Source: Patescibacteria group bacterium
Lineage (GTDB): Bacteria; Patescibacteriota; Patescibacteriia; UBA2591; UBA6264
Direction of reading: 5' to 3'
NCBI GenBank assembly: GCA_028713575.1
Contig: JAQTOB010000019.1
Location: 1 to 5,718, forward strand
DNA length: 5,718 nucleotides
Part shown: positions 5,324 through 5,718 of the stretch, one piece after another
Position numbering within the stretch: position 1 is the first letter of the stretch
How the letters are laid out: each line of letters starts with the position of its first letter
Position numbers and translations under genes: made by a program
Notes under the pieces: model-generated
The model's database searches: none
The model's input: the letters and a program-made list of their open reading frames with translations, nothing else
What the model was told of the DNA's origin: nothing

Positions 5324-5367
5324 CCTTCTAAAGTCCGTACCAATAAATGATTTTAGAAGGATTTTTT
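5324..5367 (+). terminator. intrinsic-terminator-like hairpin plus T-run, functional only in plus-strand sense (orphan)
   Basis: CCTTCTAAAGTC (5324-5335) pairs with GATTTTAGAAGG (5349-5360). This gives 12 pairs, including one G-U wobble (G5333-T5351) that becomes a C-A mismatch in minus sense. The loop is 13 nt. The hairpin is followed by ATTTTTTCAATTT (5361-5373). No plus-strand ORF lies upstream. Confidence 0.3.
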
Positions 5368-5400
5368 CAATTTGGCGCGATTTTTTAGTTTTTTTATTTA

Positions 5401-5718
5401 TTATTTTTTAAAAATTAAGGCGTAATGATAAGGTCCGGCATCAAATTCTTCCAACAGGGACAGACCGCAATTTTTTGCGTTATTTTTTATTTCTTCTGAA
5501 CTTACGCGTTTTTCCAATGGGGGGCCAAAAAGGGTCTTAGTCTTTTTCCATTCAGTCACTAGCAACTTACCATTGGCTTTCAATATCCGGGTCGCTTCTT
5601 TTAAAATTAAATCATCTTTATCGGTCTGAAAAAAAACATTATTAATTAGGGCCAAGTCAATGCTTTGGTCCGGGATTTTAGTCGCGCCTAAAATTTCCAA
5701 ATTGGCCCAAATGACTTT
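5401..5718 (-). CDS. class I SAM-dependent methyltransferase, C-terminal part (5' end of gene lies beyond the window)
   Basis: The ORF stays open to the window edge. The track 'M' at 5700 is a TTG codon, and the upstream codons read KVIWAN. The SAM-binding GxGxG region is therefore outside the window. The visible part (...PDQSIDLALINNVFFQ...LKEATRILKANGKLLVTEW...) looks like the region downstream of motif I in Methyltransf_11-like enzymes (conserved Asp, then an RvLKpgG-like motif). Substrate unknown. Stop TAA at 5401-5403. Confidence 0.6.
   Translation of the reverse strand, partial: KVIWANLEILGATKIPDQSIDLALINNVFFQTDKDDLILKEATRILKANGKLLVTEWKKTKTLFGPPLEKRVSSEEIKNNAKNCGLSLLEEFDAGPYHYALIFKK

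Noticed and set aside
1-5718. Alternative genetic code (UGA recoded, as in some CPR lineages).
   Set aside because: All three complete genes translate at full, homologue-consistent length under the standard bacterial code, with no in-frame TGA needing reassignment. All four visible stops are TAA. There is therefore no evidence for recoding here, though TGA usage cannot be assessed from four stops.

Overview
This is a visibly AT-rich bacterial chromosomal segment, about one-third G+C by eye, with K/E-rich proteins. That style fits a small-genome uncultivated lineage such as Patescibacteria/CPR, but this is inference only. Four co-directional minus-strand genes fill roughly 88% of the window. 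They are the 3' part of a class I SAM-dependent methyltransferase (5401..5718, which runs off the window), nusA (3735..5192), a K+-dependent-type membrane pyrophosphatase hppA (1539..3497) and trigger factor tig (242..1534). I see no tRNA/rRNA, CRISPR array, transposase/integrase, toxin-antitoxin pair or recognisable defence gene. I therefore do not think the window holds a novel multi-gene system; it is mostly housekeeping. The unexplained signal lies mainly in the intergenic regions. (1) The 237-nt nusA-hppA spacer holds a 15-bp long-range helix closing an 81-nt multi-hairpin domain, followed by a 32-codon ORF that ends 4 nt before the hppA start. (2) The 208-nt spacer upstream of nusA holds a good sigma70-type promoter, a perfect 9-bp palindromic hairpin at the predicted 5' end of the nusA mRNA, a G-rich tandem repeat matching a canonical G-quadruplex motif, and a terminator-like hairpin that only works on the gene-less plus strand. 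(3) The spacer downstream of tig holds a GC-rich hairpin and a second promoter-like element. At protein level, NusA has a roughly 80-aa charged insertion in its N-terminal domain and a K/E-rich tail. The PPase carries Na+-pump-type residues. All functional readings of the non-coding elements are hypotheses.
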